Of a stretch of 64,000 bases of DNA, positions 13,822 through 27,604 are shown in pieces. A model generated the notes under the pieces. The model had not been told where the DNA came from. It ran no database searches and saw only the letters and a list, made by a program, of their open reading frames with translations. Made by a program: the position numbers and the translations under genes. Source of the DNA: Octopus vulgaris (Eukaryota); assembly GCA_951406725.2 (NCBI GenBank), contig OX597832.1, forward strand, positions 43,152,001 through 43,216,000, given 5' to 3'. How positions within the stretch are numbered: position 1 is the stretch's first letter; each line of letters begins with the position of its first letter.

Positions 13822-14002
13822 CAAAATATGCTTTACCGCATTGAGTAATATGGGATAATTTGGGATTATTTAAAGTAAGCAATCACAATGTATTTCATTC
13901 GATGGACAAATCCTAAGCTCGCTTCGTTGGATTATAAACAGTTGAATGAGTGTATATCCAAGTCAATAAAATGAAATAAAGATGGAGAATTATACATCTG
14001 CA

Positions 14003-14490
14003 GCTTTATATTTGTACAAGTTGGCTCCAAGTCTCACCCAGAGACCTCAAGAGACAACAGGTTGGAAGTTCACTTTGTTGTTATGCCTAGTGTGCCATAT
14101 ATTTGGGTTTTTGGGGGTGTTGTACTAGTGAATGTCTAAAAAAAAACTGAAAATTATGTTTGTTTTAAACCTTGAGATTACATAGAAAGCATTTTGCGTA
14201 GGATATGAGCAGTTCCCATGAGCACTATCTTTTGAATTTCTGCCATTTTGGGGTTTCCTTGTATCTGAGTTAGGTAGCAATCAGCCACTTTTGCTATCAT
14301 TCCCAGGGCACCTATGACAACAGGTATTGTTTTAGTCTTCAGGTTCCACCTTTTGCTAATTTCTATTTCAAGATCTTTATATTTGCTCAGTTTTTGGTAG
14401 GTCTTGACAGATACGTTCATATCGATTGGGACAGTCATATCAATGAGGAGGCATGTTTTTTGTCTGAAGTCTTTCAATATGATGTCTGAC
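14003..14490 (-). mobile_element. R4/Dong-clade RLE non-LTR retrotransposon, 3' fragment (subfamily 1)
   Basis: ORF 14178-14477 reads LLIDMTVPIDMNVSVKTYQKLSKYKDL..IPVVIGALG, a restriction-like endonuclease C-terminus. Its 3' UTR matches the copy at 54516-54764. Confidence 0.88.
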
Positions 14491-14491
14491 C

Positions 14492-14550
<59 letters not shown>

Positions 14551-14553
<3 letters not shown>

Positions 14554-16112
14554 TAGTTTTATTTTTATTTTTATAGCGTGCTTTCACTTCACTACCGAGC
14601 ACAGCTCTGTGTGCCTTGGGTATGTGCTGTGATTTGTTGTGATGCTCTGATGGTTATTGTATGGAAAGTGTTCTGCGTAGGATGTGTGCAGTGCCCAGTA
14701 GTGCAATTTTCTGTATGTTATATGTGTTTGTAAGTCCTGGTGTTTTTGTTATGTATTTGTCTGAATATTTTTTTATCATGCCTAATGCACCTACTATGAT
14801 AGGAATTGTTTCTGTTTTCAGATTCCACATTCTAGTTACCTCTATTTCCAGGTCTTTGTATTTTGAGAGTTTCTCCATTTCTTTTAGAGACACGTTGTCA
14901 TCTGCCGGTACTGATACATCAATTAGAAAGCATTTTTTTCTTCATGGTCTCTGACAACTATATCTGGTCTGTTGGCCTTAATTTCTCTATCTGTGTGTAT
15001 CGGCATATCCCAGAGTATGGTTGCTTTCTCGTTTTCTGTGACCTTTTCTGGTGTGTGCCTATACCATCTTTTTTCTGTTGTTATTCCATAATGTTGGCAT
15101 AGCTTCCAATGTATGTAAGTTCCAACTCTGTCATGTCTGTGAATATATTCCTTCTTAGCCAGGACTGGGCAGCTAGAGATAATATGATTTATTGTTTCTT
15201 GTCCATCTCCACATATTCTGCAGTTACTTGTAATATTTCTTTTCATTACATGTTTTTGGTAATTTCTGGTGGGGAGGCTTTGGTCTTGTGCTGCAATTAA
15301 AAATCCCTCTGTTTCTGCTTTGAGTCCTGAGCTTCTCAACCATTGCTGGGATTTTTCTTTGTCTATTTCTTTTGCGTTTAGTTTAGTCCAGTATTTACCA
15401 TGAAGGGGCTTTTCTTGCCATCGTTTTATCATGGTTCTTTGCTGTTCTATTTTTAGTTTGGATTTCATTTTTTTTATAGCTTTTGTTGTTTCTTCATCTT
15501 CTTCTTCTTCATGTTTATTAGGTGGTATGATTTCTTGTTTGTATTTGTCAGCTTCCTTAAATACTGAGAACAGTTTTTTGTTTTGCTCGTGTTTTGCCGC
15601 TATCTGGATCAGTTTTCCTTCCTTCTGAAGTAGATATTTTTGCAGTCCTATGGTGGTTATTTTATAGTAGTTTTCCAGCTGTATAAGGCCTCTACCACCT
15701 TCTATACGTTGTATATATAGTCTTTCTATGTCAGATTTTGGGTGATGCATCCTAGATCCTGTCATTATTTTTCTTGTTTTCCTGTCTATTTTGGTCAGTT
15801 CATTTCGTGTCCAGTTAAGGATATTGTAGCTGTAACTTATAACTGGGACAGCTAAAGTGTTGATACCTATTATCTTGTTTTTAGCATTGAGCTCTGTGTT
15901 TAGTATTGATCTAACTCGTCTATAATATTCTTTTTTTATTTTCTCTTTCTTTGTGTGTGTTGTGTCTTATCTAGTTCATGGATTCCTAAGTATTTGTAAG
16001 TTTGGCTTTGGTCTAATTCTTTTATTTCATTTGCTTCATCTAGTGTGATGTTGTTACTCTTAACTAGTTTTCCTCTTTTCATGGTTACTTTGGCGCATTT
16101 TTCTAATCCAAA
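14551..16112 (-). mobile_element. R4/Dong-clade RLE non-LTR retrotransposon, 5'-truncated and frameshifted (subfamily 2)
   Basis: Minus strand: RT end (FGLEKCAK..YKYLG), thumb (HHPKSD..GGRGL), CCHC knuckle CRICGDGQETINHIISSC, RHD, RPD and KY.DL RLE motifs. A frameshift falls at the T run near 14935. Both flanks are (TAT)n/(TAA)n. Confidence 0.92.
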
Positions 16113-16916
16113 TTATTATTATTATTATTATCATCATTATTATTATTATCATTATTATTATTATTATTATTCCTTTACACAGTATATCCTCTTCAAGCCT
16201 CTGTCTGACATACGTTTCTGCTGCATGGCTATCTTATTATGTGGTGTTCATTTGCATCCAGTTGGTTCGGCTGCATTCAGATTTCATGCTGCTGAATAAA
16301 AACGTATCTATGTAGCCTTATTCAAGTTGTTGCTTTTTGCTGCTATTTCTAACAACTTGAGCGACCGCATAGTGACTTTCTGGCCAGTTCATGTTGCTGT
16401 TGTTATTTTTGTTGTTTTCTTTGTAGAATAGAAAGTTATTTGGTTCGGTGCCATAACATTCTTAGTTTCAAATCCCATCCCGGTGGAGCTGTCGTTAATC
16501 TTTATCTATTATTCTCCCTTCCTATAGATCGATAAAATAAGCCACTGAGAAGCACAATTCAGTTAGCTTTACCAATTCTCTTTATACAACTGGCACTCTG
16601 CCTATTTACAAAGAACAGCAAAAAAGCGGAGCATAGAGCATTATTTGTTCTTACGCTCCACATTCATTTAATTTCCATCCAGGGTCCGTAAAAGACCGCC
16701 TATTTATTTCATCCAATAGAATGTTTTGTGCTTAAAATGTCAACTAGCAGTTGTGAAAATAAAACAGAAAAGAGTATGTTTGGTAATTGTGTTTTTAACG
16801 AGGAATCAAAAATTTACATTAAAAATTGGCTTCCACTTGCTAGAAATAACAGCTCGAATTTATTCATCATATTAACATGAAAAAAATGATGGTTTACATT
16901 GGATTTGCATAGTTGT

Positions 16917-17448
16917 GAGCTGGCAGAAACGTTAGCACGCCGGACAAAATGCTTAGCAGTATTTCGTCTGCTGTTACGTTTTGAGTTCAAATTACGTCGA
17001 GGTCGACTTTGCGTTTCATCCCTTCGGGGTCGATAAATTAAGTACCAGTTACACACTGGGGTCGATGTAATCGACTTGATCCCTTTGTCTGTCCTTGATT
17101 TCCCTTCTATGTTTAGCCTCTTGTGGGCAATAAAGAAATAAGTAGTTCGTCTGCCGCTACGTTCTGAGTTCAGATTCCACCGAGGTCGACTCTGCCTTTC
17201 ATCCTTTCGGGTCGATTAAATAAGTACCAGTTACGCACTGGGGTCGATATAATCGACTTAATCCGTTTGTCTGTCCTTGTTTGTCCTCTCTGTGGGTAGT
17301 AAAGAAATAGGTATTTTTGTCTGCCGTTACGTTCTGAGTTCAAATTTCGCCGAGGTCGACTTTGCCTTTCATCCTTTCGGGGTCGATAAATTAAGTATTA
17401 GTTACGCACTGGGGTCGATATAATCGACTTAATCCGTCTGTCTATCCT

Positions 17449-17455
<7 letters not shown>
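16917..17455 (+). mobile_element. SINE family B, one head plus three tandem body units
   Basis: Head GAGCTGGCAGAAACGTTAGCACGCCGG, B-box GAGTTCAAAT, and the core GTCGACTTTGCCTTTCATCCTTTCGGGGTCGAT present three times. Confidence 0.9.
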
Positions 17456-17536
<81 letters not shown>

Positions 17537-17895
17537 AGCTAAGAGGGCGATACAATCCGGACGGATACTGTGGTAGCTCTTAGTCATGTTCTAGGTTACG
17601 GCTAGATTAGTATTTAAAGTATGTATGTATGTATGTATGTATGTATGTATGTATGTATGTATGTATGAATGTATGTATGTATGTATGAATGTATGTATGT
17701 ATGTATGTATGTATATATGTATGTATGTATGCATGCATGTATGTATGTATGTATGTATGTATGTATGTATGTATGTGTGTGTATGTATGTATGTATGAAT
17801 GTATGTATGTATGTATGTGTATGTATGTATGTGTGTGTATGTATGCATGCATGCATGAATGTATGTATCTATGTATGTATGTGTGTGTGTGTGTT
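17454..17895. repeat. (GT)n and (ATGT)n microsatellites
   Basis: Seen directly. Confidence 0.95.
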
Positions 17896-18379
17896 TATCT
17901 GATTGTGCTTAAGTATGTGAAAGAGAGAGGAAGCAACAGAGCAACAGAGAGAGAGAGAGACAGTGAGAGAGAGACAGATGGGTTTCAAAGAAATTCGATT
18001 ACAATTAATAGTGTAACATATTGTCGAACGTTGCCGGTCTTTAGTCATGCACCGTTGGGCGAAAGAAACACCTTTGAAATTCCCAAGCAAAAACTGGAAC
18101 ATGTGAATATTGCAAAGACTGTTTACTTCTCCTCCACTCCGCTCTGCCGATACATGTCCGATGATCTACAACGCTTGTACTGCTTAAAATTATCTTATTA
18201 TTCTCAAACTAGCTAACATATATATATTTCTTTATTGCCCACAAGGGGCTAAACATAGAAAATAAGTGAATCCTAGATTTGGATCAACGTAAAAAATTAC
18301 ATCACTATCCCAAATTTGAAAATTTCCAAAACTATGACAGCAACCGAAAAGATCCGGCGAGTCGATCACATCCAATGAC

Positions 18380-18690
18380 TTCTCGAGAATGAAAGGCAAA
18401 GTCGACCTCAGCGGAATTTAAAATCAGAACATAAATAACCAGAAAAATACCGCTAAGCATTTTATCCCTGGATTTAATTATTCTACCAGCTTACTGTCCT
18501 TATAATAATAATTTAAGCAAAAGGACGGCAATTCGTGGCGGGGAAATTATTCGATTAAATCGCCATTGAATTTTCACTAGTCCTTGGGAAGGATGAAAGG
18601 CAAAGCTGACCCACAAAAGATTTGAAAACAGAACGCACAAAACTGCAGAAGATATCATACAGCATTTTGTCCGATGCTCTAACATATTTG
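18380..18690 (-). mobile_element. degenerate SINE family B pieces
   Basis: ATGAAAGGCAAAGTCGACC...CCGCTAAGCATTT and a second GATGAAAGGCAAAG. Confidence 0.65.
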
Positions 18691-19574
18691 TTATTCTCTT
18701 GGGTTTTTTTCTAATTTTAGACACAAAGCCTGTAATTTGTGGGGTAGGGAGGAGTTTAATGGTATTTGGTTGCTAGCTTATTGTATCGACCCCAAAATCA
18801 TAAAAACAAAACTGACATTGATGTGATTATCAACAGAGGAGTTATGATTAGACGCAAGAAACTGGATAACTGACAACGAAAATTTTAATAAAAATACTAA
18901 AAAAATGTGTATTTAGAATTTTTGCGATCTAATTATAACTACTAATATTTAGAATTCAGTTAAGAAAAAACATGACCTAAATCGAAAATTCGAAAAGAAA
19001 AAAAAAAGAAAAACTAAGGTGATAAAATACATTTATCCATATCCAGATTAGAAATCAGCAAACTTCGTCCATGTTAAAATTGTAATTTTTTGTAAATATT
19101 GATCTCAAAACAAATTTAAAATGGAGGAAAAAGGCAGACGATATATGAAACCAGGTGCAGATGACATGTTTAGATTGAGTGAAAAAGAAATTAAATGTAA
19201 TACATACGATAAGGTAAATAAACAAATAAATAATTTTAAAAACAAAATGGTAATAGAGCATATATAATACGTTCTAATTTTAGAAAAGCAAATTCGAAAA
19301 ATTAAAAATGTTTCAGTGACAATAGAAAATATCTTCGGTTTTCGTTATCGGACATTTTTTATTTTTGTTGTTTGTTTTTTTTATCGTTTTTTTTTTTTAT
19401 AGTTTTGTTATATTTCTTCTGTGTACAATATGGCCAACAGATACACAGAGGCAACATCATAAAAACGAAAAAAAAAATAAAGCAACAATAATTATATTAA
19501 TAATAATGAAAATGATAAAAATGATGATAATATTAATCATAATGAGAATAATAACAACAACCTACAAAAACAGC

Positions 19575-19589
19575 AATAACAGTAATAAC

Positions 19590-19647
<58 letters not shown>

Positions 19648-19830
19648 TTAATAATAATAATAATAATGATAATAATAATAATGATAATAATAATAATAAT
19701 AATAATGATAATAATAATAATAGTAATAATAATAATAATAATAATAAGAATAATAATAATAATAATAATAATGATAATAATAATAATAATGATGATGAAC
19801 AATAATTATAATGATAATATTGATGATAAC
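19575..19830. repeat. (AAT)n microsatellite
   Basis: Seen directly. Confidence 0.95.
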
Positions 19831-20666
19831 AATGAAAGTTCGCCACGATTCAAAGAATATTCTAATGAGTTATTTGTAAATGATAAAAGCAGCCACAAGG
19901 TGGAGACACTGCTGTTTGAACTGAGATGAATGTGTAAGAAGGCAATGACGCTAGCTTAGTGATAACGTAACGTCGGGAATTCATTCAATTTCTTAAGAAT
20001 TCTGAATGAATGCACTTTAAATGTGCACATTAAGAGACAAAGTATTCAATGAAGCTAACTAAATAAACACAACAATACAAACAATAACAAACGCAACAAC
20101 AACAACAGCAACAACAGCAGTAGCAACATCATTAATATGAGCAACAAGAACCGATATAATTTTGTACAAATTTTTTTTAAAATTTTTAATGAAATTAGCC
20201 AATATTTACAAAATATAAATGAAAGAAAGTTTTTAAAAAGCCAAGAAAAAAAAACGAGAATTAAGTAGAAAATGAAACAATACAAATGAAAATGGGGAGG
20301 AAACAAGAAAAAAATCAAAGATTTTTAGCAAATTTCGCAAGAATAATTCAATTTGAATGGTAAATTAATGACTTTTATGTCGGGTATTTTGACTTTTCTA
20401 AGTTGAAATATTTCATTTCAGTTACAATTGAATATTTAATTGAGCATTTTTAATTAAAATAATTGAACAGCAAATAATGGCCGCTTTGTCAATATCTGGG
20501 GTCTTACATTACAACAGGGGCTTTGTTGCCTTACCAACTGCAGGGCACAAAATATTTCACCAAATGAGAGCAGATGAATAAGTGTATTAAATAAGTATAC
20601 GAAACACGTACATACACATATATAACATATATATACATACATGTATATATAAATATATATGTATAC

Positions 20667-20846
<180 letters not shown>

Positions 20847-21130
20847 TAATATTTTTATATAACATATAAAAATAAGTACAACACTGGGCGAAGGTTTTGC
20901 TACAGCTGTTTCGGACACATTTTTCATTGATGAATAGTTTGATTACATCATGAATAAAATCTATTACATCAGGTTATTAAAAATTTCGCTCAGAGAAAAA
21001 GTACCACTAGGTGTGGATTGACACTCATCTCTTCAATGATTGAATGAGCATGACTAAAATAATTGGTTTTGTACCAAAATCAGAAAGAATTGTTATCATT
21101 ATTATTATTTATTATTATTACATTTATTTC

Positions 21131-21214
<84 letters not shown>

Positions 21215-21407
21215 CGTTATTATTAATCGACAGAAGTTACAAAGTAACTCAAGCACTGAGACTTCCAGACATTACACTTACCAAGATGCGTTTAAAGAGT
21301 GGCGACCGCGAAATTCTTAGTCTTTGAGTTGTTTGGAATTTCTGACGATAATACATATATAGATACGTATATACAAACAAACACATACACACACACACAC
21401 ATGTATA

Positions 21408-21471
<64 letters not shown>

Positions 21472-21697
21472 ATAGATAGATAGATGTATGAGCTCATGTA
21501 TTGAGTTTTGTTTGTACCACCAATATTATACACACACACACACATATATAATATATATATATATATATACATATCTATATACCTATATATACATATATCT
21601 ATATATATATACACGTATATAAATATATACATACATATACATATATATGTATACACATATATTTACATATATACACAGACATATATGTACATATGTA

Positions 21698-21766
<69 letters not shown>

Positions 21767-22099
21767 ATATACATACATATCTGGTAATGTAATTGTATGT
21801 TTTAGGGTATGTATGTCACTTTGTAATCAGTGTATGATATCCATGGCGTCGGTTCCTGCGTTGCTGCTTTGGTCTGGAACTGTAAGATGTTTACATTCTT
21901 TCAGAAGGTTTCTCATTTTGCGATTGCAACAGAAACCTTTTGTTTCTTATCCAGAGCAAAATGTAAAGTGAGAATTCTTTAAATGCAATTGCATACTTCC
22001 CAAACAACCGCGTGCAATTCCTCTGTTTTCTCACACACCAATGCACACTCATATATGCACGTATGTACGTGTACATATATGTATATATGTATATATATG

Positions 22100-22134
<35 letters not shown>

Positions 22135-22846
22135 TGAGTAATAAGTTGACTTAATGTTTTCTGTCACCTAAGTTTCGTAGCCGTGAGGAAAACCGCAAAA
22201 TTAAGTAAAATGAGAAGCTAAGGCCACCTGTTACTCAATATATATATATGTGTGTGTGTGCGTGTATATATATATATATACATATGTATGTGTGTGTGTG
22301 TGTGAGTATGTATGTATGTATATATATATATATATATATATAGATATAGATATATATATATATATACACAAGCACATTTATACATGACTATATATATATA
22401 GGCATGTTTATACATATACATATATGCATAAACATATATGGGTATTTATATATTTCAAATAATAAGGGTGAAAAATTGAATATTAATTTGATTAATATCA
22501 ATTTAAAACCAGTGGTCTACCATATTGAAAAATTTGAAGTTACAGAAAAAAATTATATTACATATGTATATGTGTATTTATATATATGTACATGTGAACA
22601 TATGCGTGTGAGTGTGTGTGTGTGTGTGTTGCGCGCGTGCGTAAGGTTTAAAGGAAAGTAACATAGAAGAATGAATTATATAACATATTATGTACACTGT
22701 ATGTACATATACTATGCAATATATATGTAAATATTAAACATACATAAGTATGCACATATAAATATTCATGTATGTACGTATCTGTATATATATATATATA
22801 TGTGTGTCTATATATATGCATATATATATATTAATATATATATATA

Positions 22847-22949
<103 letters not shown>

Positions 22950-23034
22950 GTGTATGTATAAATATATATATATATGTTATATATATATAAATAGCAGGAT
23001 GATTCATATATATATGACACACATATATATATAC

Positions 23035-23093
<59 letters not shown>

Positions 23094-23701
23094 TATGTGT
23101 GTGTATATACATATATAAAGCAGGATGATGTAATATCTGGCAAGTCGTGTAGCCACGCAGAGTTCTCCCCTTGGCTATTGTTTCTATACCAGATCTCACT
23201 GAAGCCTTTGTTTCAATCACGAATGGTTGGTTTGTTTTTTGCTTTTGTTTAGTTTCTTTCATTCTTTTCGTTAAATTTTCAGCGACCATTATATAAACCA
23301 GCACATACGTGATTCTATATTATATGGCGTTTTTCAAACTATATTTTATTTGATTCAAAATTCATAGATATTATATCAAGCTGAGTTATCTAAAACTGGA
23401 TGTTTGAAAAAATAGAGAAGTAAAGAGAAAATTGAATTCGCTATTTCTTTTGTTATGAAATGTCATGAAATTTACGCAAAGAAATACCGTTTTTAGAACA
23501 ATGAAAATTGCAACGAAAGAAGTTGACTCCAGATAAAAAGAAATGATGATAATAATGGCCACACAAACATAAAATTAGATTCATTCGTTTCCATAGAATA
23601 ATAACACCCACCATCCCAGACTATATCACGAATCCAGTATACTTTTATTTCCTATACATACACACATACTTACATACATACATAAATACATACATGTGTA
23701 A

Positions 23702-23751
<50 letters not shown>

Positions 23752-23758
23752 GTGTTTT

Positions 23759-23800
23759 CAAAGCGATGAATAGATTTTGCCGAAACCATGGTACGCTTTG
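23759..23800 (+). ncRNA. minimal type I hammerhead motif with A3:U8 core variant
   Basis: caaagcg AUGAAUA gattttgcc GAAA ccatg GUA cgctttg. Stem I is a perfect 7 bp and helix III is the palindrome ACCAUGGU, but stem II is weak. Confidence 0.55.
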
Positions 23801-24102
23801 TTTTCTTACTTTATTATCTTCTTATAATCATCTCATAATAATGACTTTTATTACTCTTATTACTACCTCAGTCCATCTAAATGTATATATTTGTCGTTAC
23901 CTGTCATAAAAAGCCTCTTTTATTTGCAATGTGCATTTTCGTTGATTTTTCATATTTTACCCTTACATTTTCACGTGTATGTTATATTTTCTTTTTGTAA
24001 CATATTTCTACTATATATATATATATATAAATGCATACAATATATACATATATATATATAATATTTATCTATACATATATATATACATACGTACATACAT
24101 AA

Positions 24103-24133
<31 letters not shown>

Positions 24134-24624
24134 CATACATACATACATACATACATACACACATACATACATACATACATACATGTAGGGTGACTTTAGC
24201 AAAAATGGCTACCCTAAGTTTACCTTTAGATTGGAGAACAGCAGTTGCACGAGAGTTTGTGCCTTGGTTGTTAGGGTGCTTCAGGGGCATTGTTTTTCCT
24301 TGATTGGTTCTGTGTCAGAAGGACTGCAACATTGACGAATTCACATATCAGGTTGAGTAAAAAGTAAGCAAAGTTTTGAACCATGAAGAATTTGTACTGG
24401 ATTTTTGCAGTTTTTGAATTCTTTTAAAACATTTTGGCAATTATCTGATAATATAGATATAGACTTGCCCAAATGCATGTTGTTCGTGTTCGTCTGTTTG
24501 ACATTGTCATCGCTGTCATTGTTGGTGTTCTAGTTCTACTCTTCGCTGTCATAATAGTCATGGTTGTCGTCGTGGTCGTGGTCATCGCCATAGTCATCGT
24601 CGTTGTTGTTGTTGATGCTGTTGC

Positions 24625-24997
24625 TGTTGAGCGAAGCGGTATTCGTCCAAGAGCTCGCAAGATGGGAGAAGTCCGAAAGGTGGTCCTTTGCTATTCTTAA
24701 GACCAGCAGAAGAGAAAGCAGGTCAACCCCCGACACCGAGAGCATCGACGGATGGATGAATGCGCATCCAGGCTCAGCGGTTGCGTAGGAAGTCGGGGAC
24801 AAGAAACAGGAAGTAAGAGTGAGAGAAAGTTGGAGCGAAAGAGTACAACAGGGGTCGCCACCACCCACTGCTGGAGCCTCATGGAGCTTTAGGTGTTTTC
24901 GCTCAATAAACACACACAACGCCCGGTCTGGGAATCGAAACCGCGATCCTCCGACCGCGAGACCGCTGCCCTAACCACTGTGCCATTGCGCCTCCAC
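24625..24997 (-). mobile_element. tRNA-derived SINE related to family C (different 3' half)
   Basis: Head GTGGAGGCGCAATGGCACAGTGGTTAGGGCAGCGG..GGTTTCGATTCC and the shared segment AAACACCTAAAGCTCCA. The tail runs into (CAA)n. Confidence 0.8.
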
Positions 24998-25214
24998 TTG
25001 CTGCTGCTGCGGCTGCCGATTCTGTTGTCTTTGTCTTCTATAGTTTCTCAAGTCATCGAGACAATCCAAGTTCCACTTGCCTTTCATGTTGCTTCGTTTC
25101 ACGGCTCTTCCCGGTGAAATGCTTTGTTGGAAAGAAGAACGAAGAAAAAAAGCAGAGGGAGAGGAAGGTTAGAGAGACGGAGAACAATGCACATACATAT
25201 ATCTAAGATTAGAT

Positions 25215-25221
25215 AATGATG

Positions 25222-25269
<48 letters not shown>

Positions 25270-25313
25270 GTTAATAATAATAATGACGATAATAATAATA
25301 ATAACAATATTAA

Positions 25314-25344
<31 letters not shown>

Positions 25345-25345
25345 A

Positions 25346-25377
<32 letters not shown>

Positions 25378-25532
25378 AATAATAATAATAATAATGATAA
25401 TAATAATAATTAATAATAATAATGATGATGATGATGATGAGAAGAAGAAGAAGAAGAAGAAGAAGAAGAAGAAGAAGAAGAAGAAGAAGAAGAAGAAGAA
25501 GAAGAAGAAGAAGAAGAAGAAGAAGAAGAAGA
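25215..25532. repeat. compound (AAT)n/(GAT)n/(GAA)n microsatellite
   Basis: Seen directly. Confidence 0.95.
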
Positions 25533-26289
25533 ATGTTAAAAATAATGATATAACTATAATAATTTTAAGATAATAATGAATGTAGTAACAATGGTGTTGG
25601 TGGTGATGAAAGGTAGTGGAGGTGGTGGTGGCGGTGGTGGTGGAGGTGGTGGTAAGCTCTTTTGAATTCTTTATTCTGAAGATTGAACAATAAAACAAAA
25701 GGAATTTTTCAAGAACTGTAACAAGACGTAGAATTGGATTTCGAAATTAAGAATATGAAGACATTTCAAAGAAATTCTCCTGTTTTCAAGATGGAAACAA
25801 CAACAACAACAACAACAGCAACCACAATAGCAGCAGCAGCAGCAGCAGAAATACAAGCAGCAACGCTATATACTTGTTACACGCTCTTGTTTAAATACAT
25901 GCAAATAGTTAGATCCATATATACACATATGTATGTATGAATATTTGGCGGGGTTAGGTTGTATGTGTGTATGTGTGTGTGTGCATACATATAGCTAGAG
26001 AGAGGAAGAGAGAAAGAGAGAGAGAGAGATGTGGAGGGGGGGCGGAGAGCAGTTATACCCTCGGGAATTTAGAGAAGTACATCTCAACTCGTCTCAAAGC
26101 GAATTATAATTCTTCGGAGAGTGCTCAGCGATTAATTATAAATACTTATAAATTACTCGGGGCTACGATATATGAGTTTAAATTGAAGAAAATAAAGCAG
26201 AAAGAATAAAAATTCCGATACACCATCTATGTGTGTGTTTGTGGTTATGTATGCGTGTGTATAGATTCAAACGTACACACACTCATAGA

Positions 26290-26757
26290 AATACATACAT
26301 ACAAATACATACATACATTCATAGATACATACATACGTACATACATACATACATACATACATACATACATACATACATACATACATACATACATACATAC
26401 ATACATACATAACAAATACATACATACATACATACATACATACATACATACATACTACATACATACATACATACATACATACATACATACATACATACAT
26501 ACATACATACATACATACATACATACATACATACATACATACATACATACATACATACATACATACATACATACATACATACATACATACATACATACAT
26601 ACATACATACACACATACATACATACATACATACATACATACATACATACATACATACATACATACATACATACATACATACATACATACATACATACAT
26701 ACATACATACATACATACATACATACATACATACATACATACATACATACATACATG

Positions 26758-26785
<28 letters not shown>
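26290..26785. repeat. (ATAC)n microsatellite
   Basis: Seen directly. Confidence 0.97.
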
Positions 26786-26792
<7 letters not shown>

Positions 26793-26858
26793 ATATATAT
26801 ATAAGTTCAGCAAAAATTTAGATTCAAATTTATATATATATATATATATATATATACG

Positions 26859-27058
26859 CTTAATAAAAGGGTTCAGCAAAGATTTGCTTCACCGAAGTTT
26901 AGAGATCTTTACTCTCTGCCTGTGTGAATTGTCTTCAAGTATTTTGGTTTCTCTAGGAGTTCCTTTTTAAAGTAGAAGAAATAGCTAAGATTTTTGGCTG
27001 CTATTTCTAAACTTCGGTGTGTGGTGAAGCAAATCTTTGCTGAACCCTTTTATTAAGT
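26859..27058. repeat. inverted repeat (arms about 45-50 bp) in a (TA)n-flanked segment
   Basis: CTTAATAAAAGGGTTCAGCAAAGATTTGCTTCACCGAAGTTTAGA pairs with TCTAAACTTCGGT..GGTGAAGCAAATCTTTGCTGAACCCTTTTTATTAAG. Confidence 0.85.
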
Positions 27059-27182
27059 ATTACTTAAGTTTACCGTGAAATGGTCCTTTTTCATACCGAA
27101 TTCTACTTGGTGAAATTATTGATTACTTCTTAATTAATTTTACCCTTTGTTATTATTTATTTATATATATATATATATAATA

Positions 27183-27333
27183 GGCGCAGGAGTGGCTGTG
27201 TGGTAAATAACCTGCTCCCCAACCACATGGTTCCGGGTTCAGTCTCACTGTGTGGCACCTTGGGCAAGTGTCTTCTACTATAGCATCGGGCCGACCAAAG
27301 CCTTGTGAGTGGATTTGGCTGACGGAAGCTGAA
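27183..27333 (+). mobile_element. SINE family A 5' part
   Basis: Head and body up to GACGGAAGCTGAAG, where it abuts a family B copy. Confidence 0.88.
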
Positions 27334-27604
27334 GGAATTTGAACTCAGAACGTAAAGACAGACGAAATACCTATTTCTTTACTACCCACAAGGGGCTAAA
27401 CACAGAGAGGACAAACGTGGACAGACAAACGGATTAAGTCGATTATATCGACATCAGTGCGTAACTGGTACTTAATTTATCGACCCCGAAAGGATGAAAG
27501 GCCAAGTCGACCTCGGCGGAATTTGAACCCAGAACGTAAAGACAGACGAAATACCACTCGGTATTTCGTCCGGCGTGCTAACGTTTCTGCCTGCTCGTCG
27601 CCTT
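27334..27604 (-). mobile_element. SINE family B (head, one unit and start of a second)
   Basis: Reverse complement of the family B consensus. Confidence 0.88.

Noticed and set aside
20892-20930. Minus-strand CCGAAACAGCUGUA with palindromic helix III
   Set aside because: Only the 3' half of a hammerhead. No CUGANGA or stem I partner found.
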